A DNA stretch of 64,000 nucleotides, from the IMG/VR virus record IMGVR_UViG_3300019487_000021, one strand, 5' to 3'. Under the pieces are notes generated by a model. It made no database searches. It was not told the DNA's origin and was given only the letters and a program-made list of their open reading frames with translations. The position numbers and the translations under genes are program-made. Source of the DNA: a virus. Taxonomy: Duplodnaviria > Heunggongvirae > Uroviricota > Caudoviricetes. Of this stretch, positions 39,288-50,422 are shown one piece after another. The number at the start of each line of letters is the position of its first letter. Within the stretch, counting starts at the first letter, position 1.

Positions 39288-39711
39288 AAACAAACTAGCG
39301 GGATTGATTCCGTATCGAGTGAAGGAAAACGGTACCATCAAGATGCTATTCATGCGCCCTGAAGAGCCAAATCCAAACTACAATCGTGGTGACAAATACG
39401 AGATCGCGAAAGGTAGTGTTGAGGAGGGTGAAAGTCTGGAACAAGCTGCAATTCGTGAAGCAACCGAAGAGCTTGGATTGTTCAAGGGCAACATCATCAA
39501 AATCGAGGAGCTTGGACAGTTTCCAATCAACCTGACTGTGTTCATTGCCAAAATCAAGGACAAAGACTTGTTCGGCGACTACGACGAAGATGAGGTTGAC
39601 AAAACGAAGTGGATGACAGCAGAAGATTTCGAGACGAAAGGAATCGTGTTGCAACGAACTATTGTTCTGGCCGCTCAACGGAAGATTCGGAAGCTGGAAG
39701 ATTTGACTTAG
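39286..39711 (+). CDS. NUDIX hydrolase (intact paralogue)
   Basis: Nudix box GSVEEGESLEQAAIREATEELGL. Confidence 0.75.
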   Translation, partial: ENKLAGLIPYRVKENGTIKMLFMRPEEPNPNYNRGDKYEIAKGSVEEGESLEQAAIREATEELGLFKGNIIKIEELGQFPINLTVFIAKIKDKDLFGDYDEDEVDKTKWMTAEDFETKGIVLQRTIVLAAQRKIRKLEDLT

Positions 39712-39953
39712 TTCGAATACGAAACAGTCTGTCCCGCACCTCTGAGCGTTTTGCGAAAGGAGTCGTATTTTTCTGATGGCATAACATTGACCCAATAGCC
39801 AGCTGAATCGGCCTTTGATACCAAGTGTGACCGTAACAGTAGAATAGATTTTACAAGCAGGCGCATTTCTGCTCGTAGTTCCTCAAGTCGAATCACGTCA
39901 GGATGATCTAGAGGCGGATTTGGTGCTGTTTCGATGACTTGAGTGAGTTTCAT
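39708..39953 (-). CDS. hypothetical protein
   Basis: Minus ORF convergent with the NUDIX gene. Confidence 0.35.
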   Translation of the reverse strand: MKLTQVIETAPNPPLDHPDVIRLEELRAEMRLLVKSILLLRSHLVSKADSAGYWVNVMPSEKYDSFRKTLRGAGQTVSYSN

Positions 39954-40007
39954 AGGACTATTTACCTCGCGAATCGATAAATAGCTCCAACGATTAAGGA
40001 GTTACCT

Positions 40008-40643
40008 ATGAACATCGATCTGTGGCGCAAACTAGCTGGTATCACCGAACGTGTCAATGACGACGATGACGAAGACATGTCTTCCGCTGAACGTGCATTG
40101 GCACAGAAAGCAGACACAGATCTTAGGAAGCGTGGTATCAACGTTGAGAAGGATCTAGCTGCTGCAGAGAAGAAAGAAGAAGCAAAGAAAAAGAAGGTTG
40201 CAGCAGCAAAACCAGCTGCAAAGCAGGAACCTAAAGAGGAATCTAAAGAGGAACCGAAGCAAAAAGGTTCTGCTAAGAAGCGTCCTCAAGCACTCGCTTG
40301 GCTCAAAAGTCATCCAAGTGCAACGCGTGGTGAGTTCATGAAAGCTGCTGAGGGTTGGGGCATGTCACGCGCCTATGCCGGTTCTCATTACTACCTACTT
40401 CGTAAACGCGCTCGTGGTTCAGATGTAAAAGAAGCATGGATGTTGTTCCATCCTTCAGTTCCTCGTTTCGCTCTTGCAGAAAACCGTCAGTTCAATCGCT
40501 ACCAATGGATCAGTTTGGAAGATGGTAAGGGTTTGGAACCTTTGTGTTTCTTCAACGAACAGGAAGCACTTGACGTTGCAAAGTACATGAGTGAATATCA
40601 AAGCCAAGTTGCTGTTGTCGAGAGATTAGACGCCGACGTATAA
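40008..40643 (+). CDS. hypothetical Lys/Glu-rich protein
   Basis: ORF, RBS AGGAG. Confidence 0.45.
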   Translation: MNIDLWRKLAGITERVNDDDDEDMSSAERALAQKADTDLRKRGINVEKDLAAAEKKEEAKKKKVAAAKPAAKQEPKEESKEEPKQKGSAKKRPQALAWLKSHPSATRGEFMKAAEGWGMSRAYAGSHYYLLRKRARGSDVKEAWMLFHPSVPRFALAENRQFNRYQWISLEDGKGLEPLCFFNEQEALDVAKYMSEYQSQVAVVERLDADV

Positions 40644-40711
40644 TTCTCTTGATGTGGCCTAGGCTCGCCCCACAATAAAACTCCGCGCCCCCAACGACAA
40701 GGAGAATAATA

Positions 40712-41179
40712 ATGGGCAAGAAATTCGTTTCCACAAAAACTTACAAAGAGATTGCACCAGTTGCTTATCGTCAATGGCGCGACGATGGAAACTGTCAATG
40801 GGTTCATGGTTACGCTCTATCGTTTCACTTTGAATTTGAATGTGATGACCTTGACGCTCGCAACTGGTGCGTCGATTTCGGTGGTTTGCGTCCTCTGAAA
40901 GACTTACTCGAGGAGTGGTTCGATCACAAACTTCTCGTCGCTCAAGATGATCCTCATCGTGAGGCATTACTCAACCTAGACAAGCTAGGAATTGCCCAAG
41001 TAACGGAAGTTGAAAAGACTGGTTGCGAGGGTCTATCTGAGTTCTTGTACAACTACGTCAATGATTGTTTCCTAAAAGATTATGGCTGGAGCAATCGTGT
41101 GTGGTGTTGCAAGGTTGAAGTTCGTGAAAACGAAAAGAACAGTGCAATGCGCGTTGGACATCGTCCAGAGGCAGAATAA
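40712..41179 (+). CDS. queD: 6-carboxy-5,6,7,8-tetrahydropterin synthase (QueD/PTPS family)
   Basis: CQWVHGYALSFHFEFE (Cx3HGH-type zinc and catalytic site). Confidence 0.7.
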   Translation: MGKKFVSTKTYKEIAPVAYRQWRDDGNCQWVHGYALSFHFEFECDDLDARNWCVDFGGLRPLKDLLEEWFDHKLLVAQDDPHREALLNLDKLGIAQVTEVEKTGCEGLSEFLYNYVNDCFLKDYGWSNRVWCCKVEVRENEKNSAMRVGHRPEAE

Positions 41180-41511
41180 ATGGAACTTCACTCTTCCCTC
41201 ATGCAACGTACAATCGGTGTGAATGGTGTGGAACTCGTCGAGACGGTCTACTATTCGAACAAATTCATACAACACCACCCGAAGGTGACAACATGTTATG
41301 ATCTCAAAACAATGCGGTGCAACAATGGGACATTATGAATGGGTTTGTCGGCACTGTTTTGCTGTGTTGGCAAATCCAGCGTTTGATCATAGCCAAGAGA
41401 TCATCAACTCGTGTAAGGATAAAAAGTGTCCGCACATAAGTCAGAAGACAGTGAAGACTCGGCAGCAAGCTTGGAAAGGTATAAATACTCCTAAATCATA
41501 GGAGATTACCC

Positions 41512-42852
41512 ATGAGTTTCGGTCTGATTGCAAAAGCGATCTTCCTGACGGAAGTTGCTGATCAAGAAAAAGCGCGCATTCTTCAGAAAGTGCAACACAA
41601 GTTGATGCATCAGTACAGCATCGATGCTTCTCTCCGCGCCCTTTATGACTTTTTTGTCGGCATGGATCCATATGCCGGCTCCGCTTCTTCCCGTCTGCCT
41701 GTCGAAGATGAACGCGAGTTCCTCCAAGACATGGTTGCTCATGGTTATGATCTTCATGGTGGCTATGCGGAGAATACAAAGTTCTGGAATGGTGTTCTGA
41801 CGCCACAGGAGTATTCTATCATCACAAGCCACCCTGCTCGCTCAGAAGAAAATGAAGAAGAAGCTGATGGGTGGCGAACGAACATCCGTCACCGTGCTCA
41901 CGATCTTGTTACGCAACGATTCCAACGAGACCAAGAAGGTGAAGAGTACGAAGAAGATACAGAAGCATTCGAACCAGAAAGTCATCCACTATATCCTGAC
42001 CTCGACAAGACCAAAGACCTTCCACCAGAAATACGTCGAGACGACCCAAAGTTCAATGAAGTCCCATATGCTTCTCTGGAGCAAGAAGAACAAGCTGTCA
42101 CCCCTCATGACTATCAAAAGTGGATGCGTGTAATGCATGAAGAAGGGGCTGCACGTGGCATTAACATCAACAACAAACGCAGCTTCGAAGACCTAGCATT
42201 TGAAATGCTTGACAATGACCCTAAGATGGATTCAATCGGTTCAGATGAGCGAACAAAGTCGAACATTGTCAACATCCTTTGGCAGCAGCATCGTGCAATG
42301 ATTGCCCAACAAAAAGCTCAACAATCATTCAAGAGCATGATGCGTCCGGAAGAGAATGAAGAATACGAAGAGGTTAGTGGTGCCTTCCAACAAGCACAAG
42401 ACGCGTGTCTCGATCACTGGCGTGGTACGGTTAAGGGCACTCCAAAAAATCCATATGCAAAAGGAACGAAGCGTCATGCAGACTGGGAGAAGGGATGGGA
42501 AGCAGCTGAACACGGCGTTTGGGACAAGCGACATGTCTCAGCATCAGAAGATGAGGAAAGTGAGTTTGGTCAACACTTCCGAATGAGCCAAGGCTTGCCA
42601 CCAAGCTATGAGAACGAAGAAGCGATCAGCCCACTGGTGAAGCTTAAGCCTGTTCAGCGAATGTTCAAGCTGATTTGGAAGAACGGTCGAGAAGAAACGA
42701 TCTCTGGTAATGATATTGCAGATGCGTTTTCAAAGGCTGGTTATGGTGCACGAGCAATTGCTTCACTAGATCACTATCAAGAAGTTTACAATCAGACAGG
42801 GAAGGTACAACGACCTGCACCCCTAGGGCGAAACGTTGACACAATGGCATAA
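41512..42852 (+). CDS. acidic hypothetical protein (446 aa)
   Basis: Long ORF. Confidence 0.45.
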   Translation: MSFGLIAKAIFLTEVADQEKARILQKVQHKLMHQYSIDASLRALYDFFVGMDPYAGSASSRLPVEDEREFLQDMVAHGYDLHGGYAENTKFWNGVLTPQEYSIITSHPARSEENEEEADGWRTNIRHRAHDLVTQRFQRDQEGEEYEEDTEAFEPESHPLYPDLDKTKDLPPEIRRDDPKFNEVPYASLEQEEQAVTPHDYQKWMRVMHEEGAARGININNKRSFEDLAFEMLDNDPKMDSIGSDERTKSNIVNILWQQHRAMIAQQKAQQSFKSMMRPEENEEYEEVSGAFQQAQDACLDHWRGTVKGTPKNPYAKGTKRHADWEKGWEAAEHGVWDKRHVSASEDEESEFGQHFRMSQGLPPSYENEEAISPLVKLKPVQRMFKLIWKNGREETISGNDIADAFSKAGYGARAIASLDHYQEVYNQTGKVQRPAPLGRNVDTMA

Positions 42853-43118
42853 AGGGAAGGACGATGTCTACTAGTAAACATTGGCAGGTGGATAATGAAA
42901 ACCAATGGAGAGCAGCTAGTTAATGACATCTCGCTCTACATCGCCAAGGGTGCAATCCCTCACCCAGTCGTTTACTTTGAGTTTTTGACCCAGCTCAATG
43001 AAATGGCAAAGAGGGAGAGAGCGTCTATGGTACCTCTTGCAATGCTTGAATACTTCACGTTGCGTGTGAATCGAAAGATACAAGTAACGATTCAACGAAA
43101 GATGAAGAAGGCGGCTTA

Positions 43119-43481
43119 ATGGAACGACAACTGGAAGTTCAGGACGTCATCAACAAAGTCGGCCGTCTCACAATGAATGGAGACGCGTACTACGACCATC
43201 TTGAGAATGGAACAGTTGAAGAGTATTACCTTGAAATGTTGATGACGATTGTCACGGAAATGACGGTGTTGCCTGTAGAGCGAGGATTTGCAGGGCTTGA
43301 ACCGATTGACGATCCGAAAGAGATTTCCAAAGCGTTTCAAGAGATGACGGCGATGGTCGCCACGCTGTTTGGCAAGCAGCAGCGGCACGTCGAAGAGGAT
43401 CTGATTCGCGTGATGCATGACTATCCTGTTGACGAAGTAAGGTTTGCCCAATATCTCCGTCATAAGAACAGGTTAATGTAA
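43119..43481 (+). CDS. hypothetical protein
   Basis: ORF. Confidence 0.4.
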   Translation: MERQLEVQDVINKVGRLTMNGDAYYDHLENGTVEEYYLEMLMTIVTEMTVLPVERGFAGLEPIDDPKEISKAFQEMTAMVATLFGKQQRHVEEDLIRVMHDYPVDEVRFAQYLRHKNRLM

Positions 43482-44076
43482 CGGAAACCCAAATGAAACT
43501 CAACCACCAACTCGATTTGTTTCTACCAAACCCGACCGAAGAAGACCTTGCTCACTTCAAAGGCAAGATCATTAAGCCTGGCGTTGAGCTATTGAACGCG
43601 CCGTGGTGGAATGCAAAAGAAGGCCGTTGGGAAGGACTGGCCAATGTTGGTGGTGCTTTGTGCATCGTCGAACTCTCTATTAAAACTCTTTGTTGACCCT
43701 ATTTGATTCTGTGTGATGATGAACCACAATTCTACCTGGCTCTTGAACTAGCTCATCAACTTCATGACGAGCTTTCCCAAATCCTGTCCGACCCTGCCCA
43801 AGACGACTAAATATCTCGTGTTCTATCGGAGATATTGATGCGGCTTGACGAGATCGTTGAATCGACCAAAAAACCCACAAGAATCAGCGGGGCGGATAAA
43901 TACCGTCAAACGTTGATCGACGGCGTAAACGATATCGTTAACTATCGTGACGCTCAGTACGTTCCTATGCCAAAGAAGCGCAAAAAGCGTAATCGGACGA
44001 CCGATGTGGCACAGAACTCGATCATTAACACACTTTGGCACTACCAAAGTGCAGACGCTTCGTAAGGGAGAGACAC

Positions 44077-44400
44077 ATGCCAGCGGTAAGCAAAGCTCAA
44101 CAACATATGTTCGGAATGGTTCATGCTTTGAAGAAGGGTACGCTAAAGCTAGCAAAGCTTCCAGCCAGCTTGCGTAAGAAGATTCAAAAAGCAGCTGCTC
44201 ATGTTTCCGCCAAAGTCGCAAAAAAGTTCGCAAAGACTAAGACGAAAAATCTTCCAAAACATGTCAAAGAAGGAACAGAGAAGAACTCGTTAGTTCTTCC
44301 TGACATGACGTTCAAAGAGTATCTCATATTTGAACACGTGCTGTTGCAAGAGATGACGGAAGAGGAAGCGCTCGTCGTTGAGAAACTTCTCAAGGAGTAG
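44077..44400 (+). CDS. basic hypothetical protein
   Basis: RBS AAGGGAGAGA. Confidence 0.4.
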   Translation: MPAVSKAQQHMFGMVHALKKGTLKLAKLPASLRKKIQKAAAHVSAKVAKKFAKTKTKNLPKHVKEGTEKNSLVLPDMTFKEYLIFEHVLLQEMTEEEALVVEKLLKE

Positions 44401-44403
44401 TGA

Positions 44404-45156
44404 GTGAAGCTTGATCAAATTGTTACAGAAGGTCCTTTGGACTTTATGCGCGGGGCTGCGGGTGAAGTTGGTCGGATGGTTGCTCGTTCAGCACCCGTTC
44501 GAGCAGCACGTAACATCATCGGCGCTGGACAAGCCGCTTCTCATGCTGCCGACTATCGTCGTTCGTTGAATGATCTTGTTGCTCGTTTTGTTCAAATTCA
44601 TAGCCAGCTTGTCAAGCTCACTGGCCAGTTTCCAACACCTCCAAAACCACCTGTTGCTCAAACGCGAGTAACGGCAAGACCAGCTCCAAAACCACAACAA
44701 CCACCGTCACCAATTCCTGATGCATTCCGCACTGCAACTCCAGCAAAGATGACTCCCGGCCAGTATGGTCCAATGTACCAGTTTTCAGATTTCTTGAAAG
44801 ACTATGACGGTCTGATGTTGCAGGAAGCACCAATCGACTTTGCTCGTGGCGTCGCTCGTCATGGTGTCGATGCGCTTGGAAGATATGTTAAAGATCGTCT
44901 TCCAATGATGTCAAAATTCCAGCAGGCGTTCGATGTAGGAATGGTTGCTTCACGTACCGCAGATGAACGTCGTGCAAAGATTATGAGAGTTAAGCTTCGT
45001 CAAGAACTTGCAACGGTTGTTGAACAGCTTCGTCAAATCACAACGAACAATCCTGCTGTGTGGCAACAGATTCGACAGCTCCTTCGTCAAATGACGAAAG
45101 ACCCGCGTACTGTTGAGCACGCAATGCGCCAATCAGTCATGAGGACACCAGTATGA
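44404..45156 (+). CDS. hypothetical protein
   Basis: ORF. Confidence 0.4.
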   Translation: MKLDQIVTEGPLDFMRGAAGEVGRMVARSAPVRAARNIIGAGQAASHAADYRRSLNDLVARFVQIHSQLVKLTGQFPTPPKPPVAQTRVTARPAPKPQQPPSPIPDAFRTATPAKMTPGQYGPMYQFSDFLKDYDGLMLQEAPIDFARGVARHGVDALGRYVKDRLPMMSKFQQAFDVGMVASRTADERRAKIMRVKLRQELATVVEQLRQITTNNPAVWQQIRQLLRQMTKDPRTVEHAMRQSVMRTPV

Positions 45157-46052
45157 CAATTTTGCAAGAACTAATGCAGCTTACAGAAGCTAAGAAGAAA
45201 AAGGTATCGAAAAAGATGGCTCGTCGTGTGTACCATCGTGATTACGAGAAGACAAAAAACAAGCCATACCGTAAGTACGATCCAAAGAAAAGTGAACATC
45301 GAGCGTTGTCTGAAATGGAACATCCAATGATGACGGCGGACGAAATGTCAAAGCTATCCACATTTATGACTCGCAGCGCACGTGACGACAAAGCCCGTCA
45401 ACTTCGATTTGACTTACACTTGCTACGCATGATTAGTCACGAAACACAGCCAAACGAAACGGAAGTTGCAACAGAGAATGGTCAGAAGGTTGTTCGTTTC
45501 TTCTATCCGTTGCGCAAATCACCATCTGAAATCTTCGCGAAATACAAAGAGATGTTTGGTCCGCCTATCAATCGATCTCATGATGTAAATGAAGTAATGG
45601 CTCGTTTCAAAGATAAGCTAACGGGGTCGGTCGTTACATTACGTTACAGTCCTACTTCGAAGTATTTTGTGGCTGAATATCCTCTTCACGCAACAGGCGT
45701 TTCAGAAGGAACAATCAATCACAAGGATGTGTTCCTAATGTTGGTTGAGACGCCTGGGATTGGTGCGCCCTATGGTGGAGCAGCCGGCGCTGATCGAAAT
45801 AACGGAACAGCTGACCTTCGGAAGGACGTTTCAGGCATGACAGACCAAGTTCTGTTCCTTCGCGGTGCTCTTGGGAAACATCTCAAGGCTGATCATCACG
45901 ATTGGACCTACTTTGAGAATGCTGCCTCTGTCGAGGATGCTGCTAACCGCCTCGTCCAAATCATGCGTAAGCTGCCCGAAGCGGTTGGTGCTTCGCCAGA
46001 TGCTGTTCGCGAAACAGCTGAACAAGTAGCTCGCGTCTACTGGGGACAGTAA
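45153..46052 (+). CDS. hypothetical protein
   Basis: ORF. Confidence 0.4.
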   Translation: MTILQELMQLTEAKKKKVSKKMARRVYHRDYEKTKNKPYRKYDPKKSEHRALSEMEHPMMTADEMSKLSTFMTRSARDDKARQLRFDLHLLRMISHETQPNETEVATENGQKVVRFFYPLRKSPSEIFAKYKEMFGPPINRSHDVNEVMARFKDKLTGSVVTLRYSPTSKYFVAEYPLHATGVSEGTINHKDVFLMLVETPGIGAPYGGAAGADRNNGTADLRKDVSGMTDQVLFLRGALGKHLKADHHDWTYFENAASVEDAANRLVQIMRKLPEAVGASPDAVRETAEQVARVYWGQ

Positions 46053-46111
46053 CCTCTTGTTGTCTTTTTGACCCTTCTAGTTGATCATGTATCAACTTTC
46101 AGGAGGGTTAA

Positions 46112-46372
46112 ATGAAATTGTTCAAAGTTTCCAAAGATGTTCCGGGTCGTTTGATCAATTCACAAGACAAAACGGAAAGGCCGTTTCTTACCCGACGCGA
46201 GTTCATCTTTGGACGCGAGGATATTGCCCTCGATCCTGTGACTGTGTACAATCAATCTCGTACGGTGATTCATGAGTACGGGTTTGTTTACGGCACTCCT
46301 GAACAACGTGAAAAGTATGTGCTGATCATTCCAGCACAGTTCGTTGAGATGATCCTTCCCGAGGACGACTGA
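46112..46372 (+). CDS. hypothetical protein
   Basis: ORF, ATGA overlap with cca. Confidence 0.4.
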   Translation: MKLFKVSKDVPGRLINSQDKTERPFLTRREFIFGREDIALDPVTVYNQSRTVIHEYGFVYGTPEQREKYVLIIPAQFVEMILPEDD

Positions 46373-47412
46373 TGAAAGTTTATCAAGTTGGTGGTTGCGT
46401 CCGAGACCGATTGCTCGGCCGAACACCCAAAGACATCGACTACGTTGTGGTCGGCTCCACACCTGAAGAAATGCTCGCATTGGGGTTTCAACAGGTCGGT
46501 GCATCATTCCCAGTCTTTCTAAAAGATGGCAGTGAATACGCACTAGCTCGTACCGAACGCAAAACTGGTGTTGGTTACACTGGTTTCACAACAAGTCACG
46601 ATCCTTCCGTTACGTTGGAGGAAGACCTCCGCCGTCGCGACTTGACAATTAACTCCATGGCGTGGGACGAAGAGACGAACGCGTTGATTGATCCGTTCTT
46701 GGGCCAAGTAGACCTAGAGATGAAGGTGCTGCGTCATACGAGCAAAGCGTTTGCCGAAGATCCAGTTCGCGTGTTGCGTACAGCACGATTTGCTGCACGA
46801 TACAATTTCCAAATCTTTGCAGACACGCAGGAAATGATGGCTGCAGTTGCGCATGAACTCGATTACGTTCCTCAAGAACGGATTTGGGCTGAAATTGAAA
46901 AGGGTCTAATGGAGCGTTATCCGGACAATATGTTCCTGTGGCTCAAACACTGTAAGGTGTTCGATAAGTGTGGCGCACTTAAGCCATATGCTTCATTCGA
47001 TTGCGTACGACTAGCAAATGCTGTTGATGCTGATCTCGTTACACGATTCGTATTCGTTTCTGTTAATTTTACCGCGGACGATTACGCGATTTGTCGTGTG
47101 CCGACTGAACCGGCGGAAGTCGCACAAATGTTCCACAGCAACTTCAGTAGCTTTGAAAAGTACTTGTCGTTCAACACATCAAAGTGTTTGGATCTGTTGT
47201 ACAAGATGCGTGCATTCAGTGGCGGCAGCAAGACGTTTCTCAAGTGTATGGAAGTTTTGAGTCATTATCCGGAGCTTGAGATGCAACGCTCAATGCTTCT
47301 TGCAGATTACAACAACGCAAAGAACATTGACACAGCTGCAATCGCCGCGAAACACACTAGCGGTACTCAGATCAAGGAAGCGATCTATTTTGCACGATTG
47401 GCTGAACTTTAG
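46372..47412 (+). CDS. cca: tRNA nucleotidyltransferase (CCA-adding enzyme, head domain)
   Basis: [21 protein letters not shown] (GGxVRD...DxD) plus downstream RRDLTIN. Confidence 0.75.
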   Translation: MKVYQVGGCVRDRLLGRTPKDIDYVVVGSTPEEMLALGFQQVGASFPVFLKDGSEYALARTERKTGVGYTGFTTSHDPSVTLEEDLRRRDLTINSMAWDEETNALIDPFLGQVDLEMKVLRHTSKAFAEDPVRVLRTARFAARYNFQIFADTQEMMAAVAHELDYVPQERIWAEIEKGLMERYPDNMFLWLKHCKVFDKCGALKPYASFDCVRLANAVDADLVTRFVFVSVNFTADDYAICRVPTEPAEVAQMFHSNFSSFEKYLSFNTSKCLDLLYKMRAFSGGSKTFLKCMEVLSHYPELEMQRSMLLADYNNAKNIDTAAIAAKHTSGTQIKEAIYFARLAEL

Positions 47413-47761
47413 GAGGAACTATGCAGCTGATAAAGAAAGGTGATGCAATCATCGTTACGATCGATTATGGTGTTATCAACGTTGTTGATGGAATGTTCGC
47501 TTCGTACGATGTGTCTGAGGAAGATATGCGTTGTCCAAACGCAATTATGAACACCAAGCACGCAAACAACAAGTTCGCGTGGGCGTTGACGCCAAACGAT
47601 CTGTTTCTTCGTCGGATCAAAGACGACGATTTTGACAATTTGCCCGAGTTTGGTCCCTTCGTCAAGGTGATGTTGAGAGCTCTAAAAGACGGATACTGTT
47701 GGGAATTGAAGTGCAAGATCGTTCGTCCACGTCGTTTAAGGTAAGGTAACTAGCAGTACAA

Positions 47762-47790
47762 AGAGCCCGCAAGCGGGCTCTTTCCCTTTC
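47762..47790 (+). terminator. rho-independent terminator
   Basis: AGAGCCCGC-aag-GCGGGCTCT followed by TTCCCTTTCC. Confidence 0.55.
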
Positions 47791-47836
47791 CAAACCCTGT
47801 AAATACACTACACTTTCCTGTAAAAAGGAGACGGTA

Positions 47837-49159
47837 GTGTTTGAAGCAAGAGCGATGTACATAGCAGTAGCTATGGGTAAGAAAATCGCCAAGGCCATTG
47901 AGCGTGACAGAACAGTCCCGAAATCGTTTAAGAGAAAGGACTACATCCTAGCGAACAATGAAATCGATCTTGCGACCGTTCTTACATTTCTAGACCGCTT
48001 AAAGCAAGCAGACCCAACACCAAACCACCAATACCTACAATGGATCGCAAAACGGTATTGTGAAAATGACTTCTTGTTAGAAGACTTGAGAAGAGTCAAC
48101 AACGAACTTCAATCGTTCGAAAAATACAAACCTCGCCTTCGTCGTGACGGTAAACCAACCGACATCAACCAATATACAACCACCGCACAAGTATTCGCTG
48201 TAATCAACGAATACAAAACCGGTAACGTTGCACCATCACAAAAAGAAGCTGCCCGTCGCGAAGAGGATGAGATGATTCTCACAGGCAGAGCGTACTGGTG
48301 GTTTCAAGGCGATCGGATTAAAGTCGTTGTTCCAACGACGATGGAAGCGGCGATTCATTTTGGTAAAGGCACGCGTTGGTGTACGGCAGCAACATCATCG
48401 ACAAACTACTTTCAAAACTATGCACGTCAAGGTCCGTTGTACATTATTATGACGCCTTCAGGCAAGTATCAGTTTCATTTTGAATCGCACCAGTTCATGA
48501 CTGCTCTCGATCAGCCATGCTCTGTTGTTGCTCTAATAAAGGAATATCCTGAGCTGAAACAAGCGTTCGATTCCGTAGCACAGGCAATTGGATTTATCCC
48601 GTTGATGGTTACTGTAACGACTGAGGGATTTTACAATGCTCTCAAGGCATCAATGGGTGCTCGTCACGAACAGTATGATGATTCTCAGTATGTGTCTGTT
48701 GCTGACCTATTGGAAAGCGTTGATAGGAGCGTGCAGGACGAAAAGATTGCGCTTTTGATCATTCAGCACAACCCGAGCTTAGCGGTTCGTCTGATTCGAC
48801 CCGACCTTCAGCAGTTGCCTTCTTTTGAACGGGCAATGATTGAACGCCGGCCTGAGCTGTTGCAGGCAGCAGACCCCAAAGTTCAAACGCTTGAACTTGT
48901 TACAGCCGTTCTCCGTCGTGCACCAACCATGCTACAATATGTCAGGCACGACTTGATGCAGAAAGGACTATTGCTTGAAGTCATTCAGCGAACACCGCAA
49001 GTTCTCGGGCAAGTACCACCCGAGAAACAGGACCTTGATATCATTAAGTGTGCGCTCAAAGCTACAGACAATAAGATGACGAAAAGGAATCTCGTAAATA
49101 TGGTTCATAACAAGGAACTCAAAAAGTACCTCCAGGAGGCGTTGAAGCAAGCATCATGA
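47837..49159 (+). CDS. hypothetical protein (440 aa)
   Basis: GTG start with RBS AAAAGGAG. Confidence 0.45.
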   Translation: MFEARAMYIAVAMGKKIAKAIERDRTVPKSFKRKDYILANNEIDLATVLTFLDRLKQADPTPNHQYLQWIAKRYCENDFLLEDLRRVNNELQSFEKYKPRLRRDGKPTDINQYTTTAQVFAVINEYKTGNVAPSQKEAARREEDEMILTGRAYWWFQGDRIKVVVPTTMEAAIHFGKGTRWCTAATSSTNYFQNYARQGPLYIIMTPSGKYQFHFESHQFMTALDQPCSVVALIKEYPELKQAFDSVAQAIGFIPLMVTVTTEGFYNALKASMGARHEQYDDSQYVSVADLLESVDRSVQDEKIALLIIQHNPSLAVRLIRPDLQQLPSFERAMIERRPELLQAADPKVQTLELVTAVLRRAPTMLQYVRHDLMQKGLLLEVIQRTPQVLGQVPPEKQDLDIIKCALKATDNKMTKRNLVNMVHNKELKKYLQEALKQAS

Positions 49160-49470
49160 TCAATCTTACTTCCGCAGCAGAAACACACATTCGAAAAGCC
49201 TTATTAAAACAAGGAGCTATTGGAATCCGGTTTGGTGTAAAGCAAGTCGGCTGTTCCGGGTATGCATACACAACTGAATACATCACCGAACCAATTAGTG
49301 CCGTAGAGCAACAGTTTGCGGGCTTTTCGGTGTTCATCAAAGAAGAAGACCGAAAGTACTTGACCGGACTCACCGTTGACTTCGTGCGTAAGGGTTTCCA
49401 AGAAAGCTTCCAGTTCATCAATCCGAACGAGAAAGCCCGTTGCGGTTGTGGCGAGTCTTTTGCAGTGTGA
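49156..49470 (+). CDS. IscA/HesB-type iron-sulfur cluster insertion protein
   Basis: C-terminal CGCGESF and conserved VKQVGCSGY. Confidence 0.65.
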   Translation: MINLTSAAETHIRKALLKQGAIGIRFGVKQVGCSGYAYTTEYITEPISAVEQQFAGFSVFIKEEDRKYLTGLTVDFVRKGFQESFQFINPNEKARCGCGESFAV

Positions 49471-49645
49471 ATAAGAGATTCCATTACTGGCAAGGCTGGT
49501 GGGCGTTTCATCAATTGGACGCTATTGAAGATTGTCCGTATGTGCTCGAGTATCAATTTGAAGAACGTAGGGATTGGCGAGCTGGTTGGATTGACGCCGC
49601 TCGAGAGGTCGAGAGTGCATAAATAGGCAGATCTAGGAGAAAAAC

Positions 49646-50422
49646 ATGGTAGCCACCGTTGGAACACCTGATTATTTCGTCGTCACGGGCACGGTCGCAG
49701 CAATTGCAACATTCAATGCTGCGGTTGAGGCACAAATCCTGCTCGGATATGCTCCGGTTGGCATTCCGTACACTGATGGAACAGACATTGAACAAGTGAT
49801 GTTCAAAGGCAACACAAGTTCATTTGTTGCTGAATACCCAATTATTGCTGTCTCGTTGGCAGCAACAGCTGGGTTCCACATTGCTAACGTTGGTGGAGCA
49901 GTAGTTGGTGCAACAGCGACGGGTCTTGCAAACGATGCAACTGTGTACACCGCATCGGTGATTGTTGATGGCGGTAATCCTCAACAGCTTTCTGTCGTTG
50001 GAAGTGCTGCACAAACATACACAACATTGCTCGCCGAACTCAATACAGATACAGATGGTGCGACGTGGGCTTTGAGCGGTGGCAACGTTCGATGCATTTC
50101 AGACATGACAGGACTTGATTCGGGTGTTATGATTACAGATGGAACATTGTTCGATGCGCTAACACTATTCACAGCATTCTTCTCGCCTGTTCTTGGAGTT
50201 AAGAACACTGTAACGGTTGATCTTGACTATGTGGATGATTTCCAAGCTGGATATCGCTTCACGATTACTGGTTCAACCGGCAATGATGGTCTTTATACCG
50301 TTGCTCCAGGCGGTTCGGTACTTACTACTGGTGATACAGTTATCTCCACTGTTGAAACGCTGCCTAGTGCAGTGGCAGACGGTTTTGTAGTTGCGTACGG
50401 CCCATCGGCTAACCAAGGATAA
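49646..50422 (+). CDS. Thr/Gly/Val-rich hypothetical protein (possibly structural)
   Basis: Composition only. Confidence 0.35.
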   Translation: MVATVGTPDYFVVTGTVAAIATFNAAVEAQILLGYAPVGIPYTDGTDIEQVMFKGNTSSFVAEYPIIAVSLAATAGFHIANVGGAVVGATATGLANDATVYTASVIVDGGNPQQLSVVGSAAQTYTTLLAELNTDTDGATWALSGGNVRCISDMTGLDSGVMITDGTLFDALTLFTAFFSPVLGVKNTVTVDLDYVDDFQAGYRFTITGSTGNDGLYTVAPGGSVLTTGDTVISTVETLPSAVADGFVVAYGPSANQG

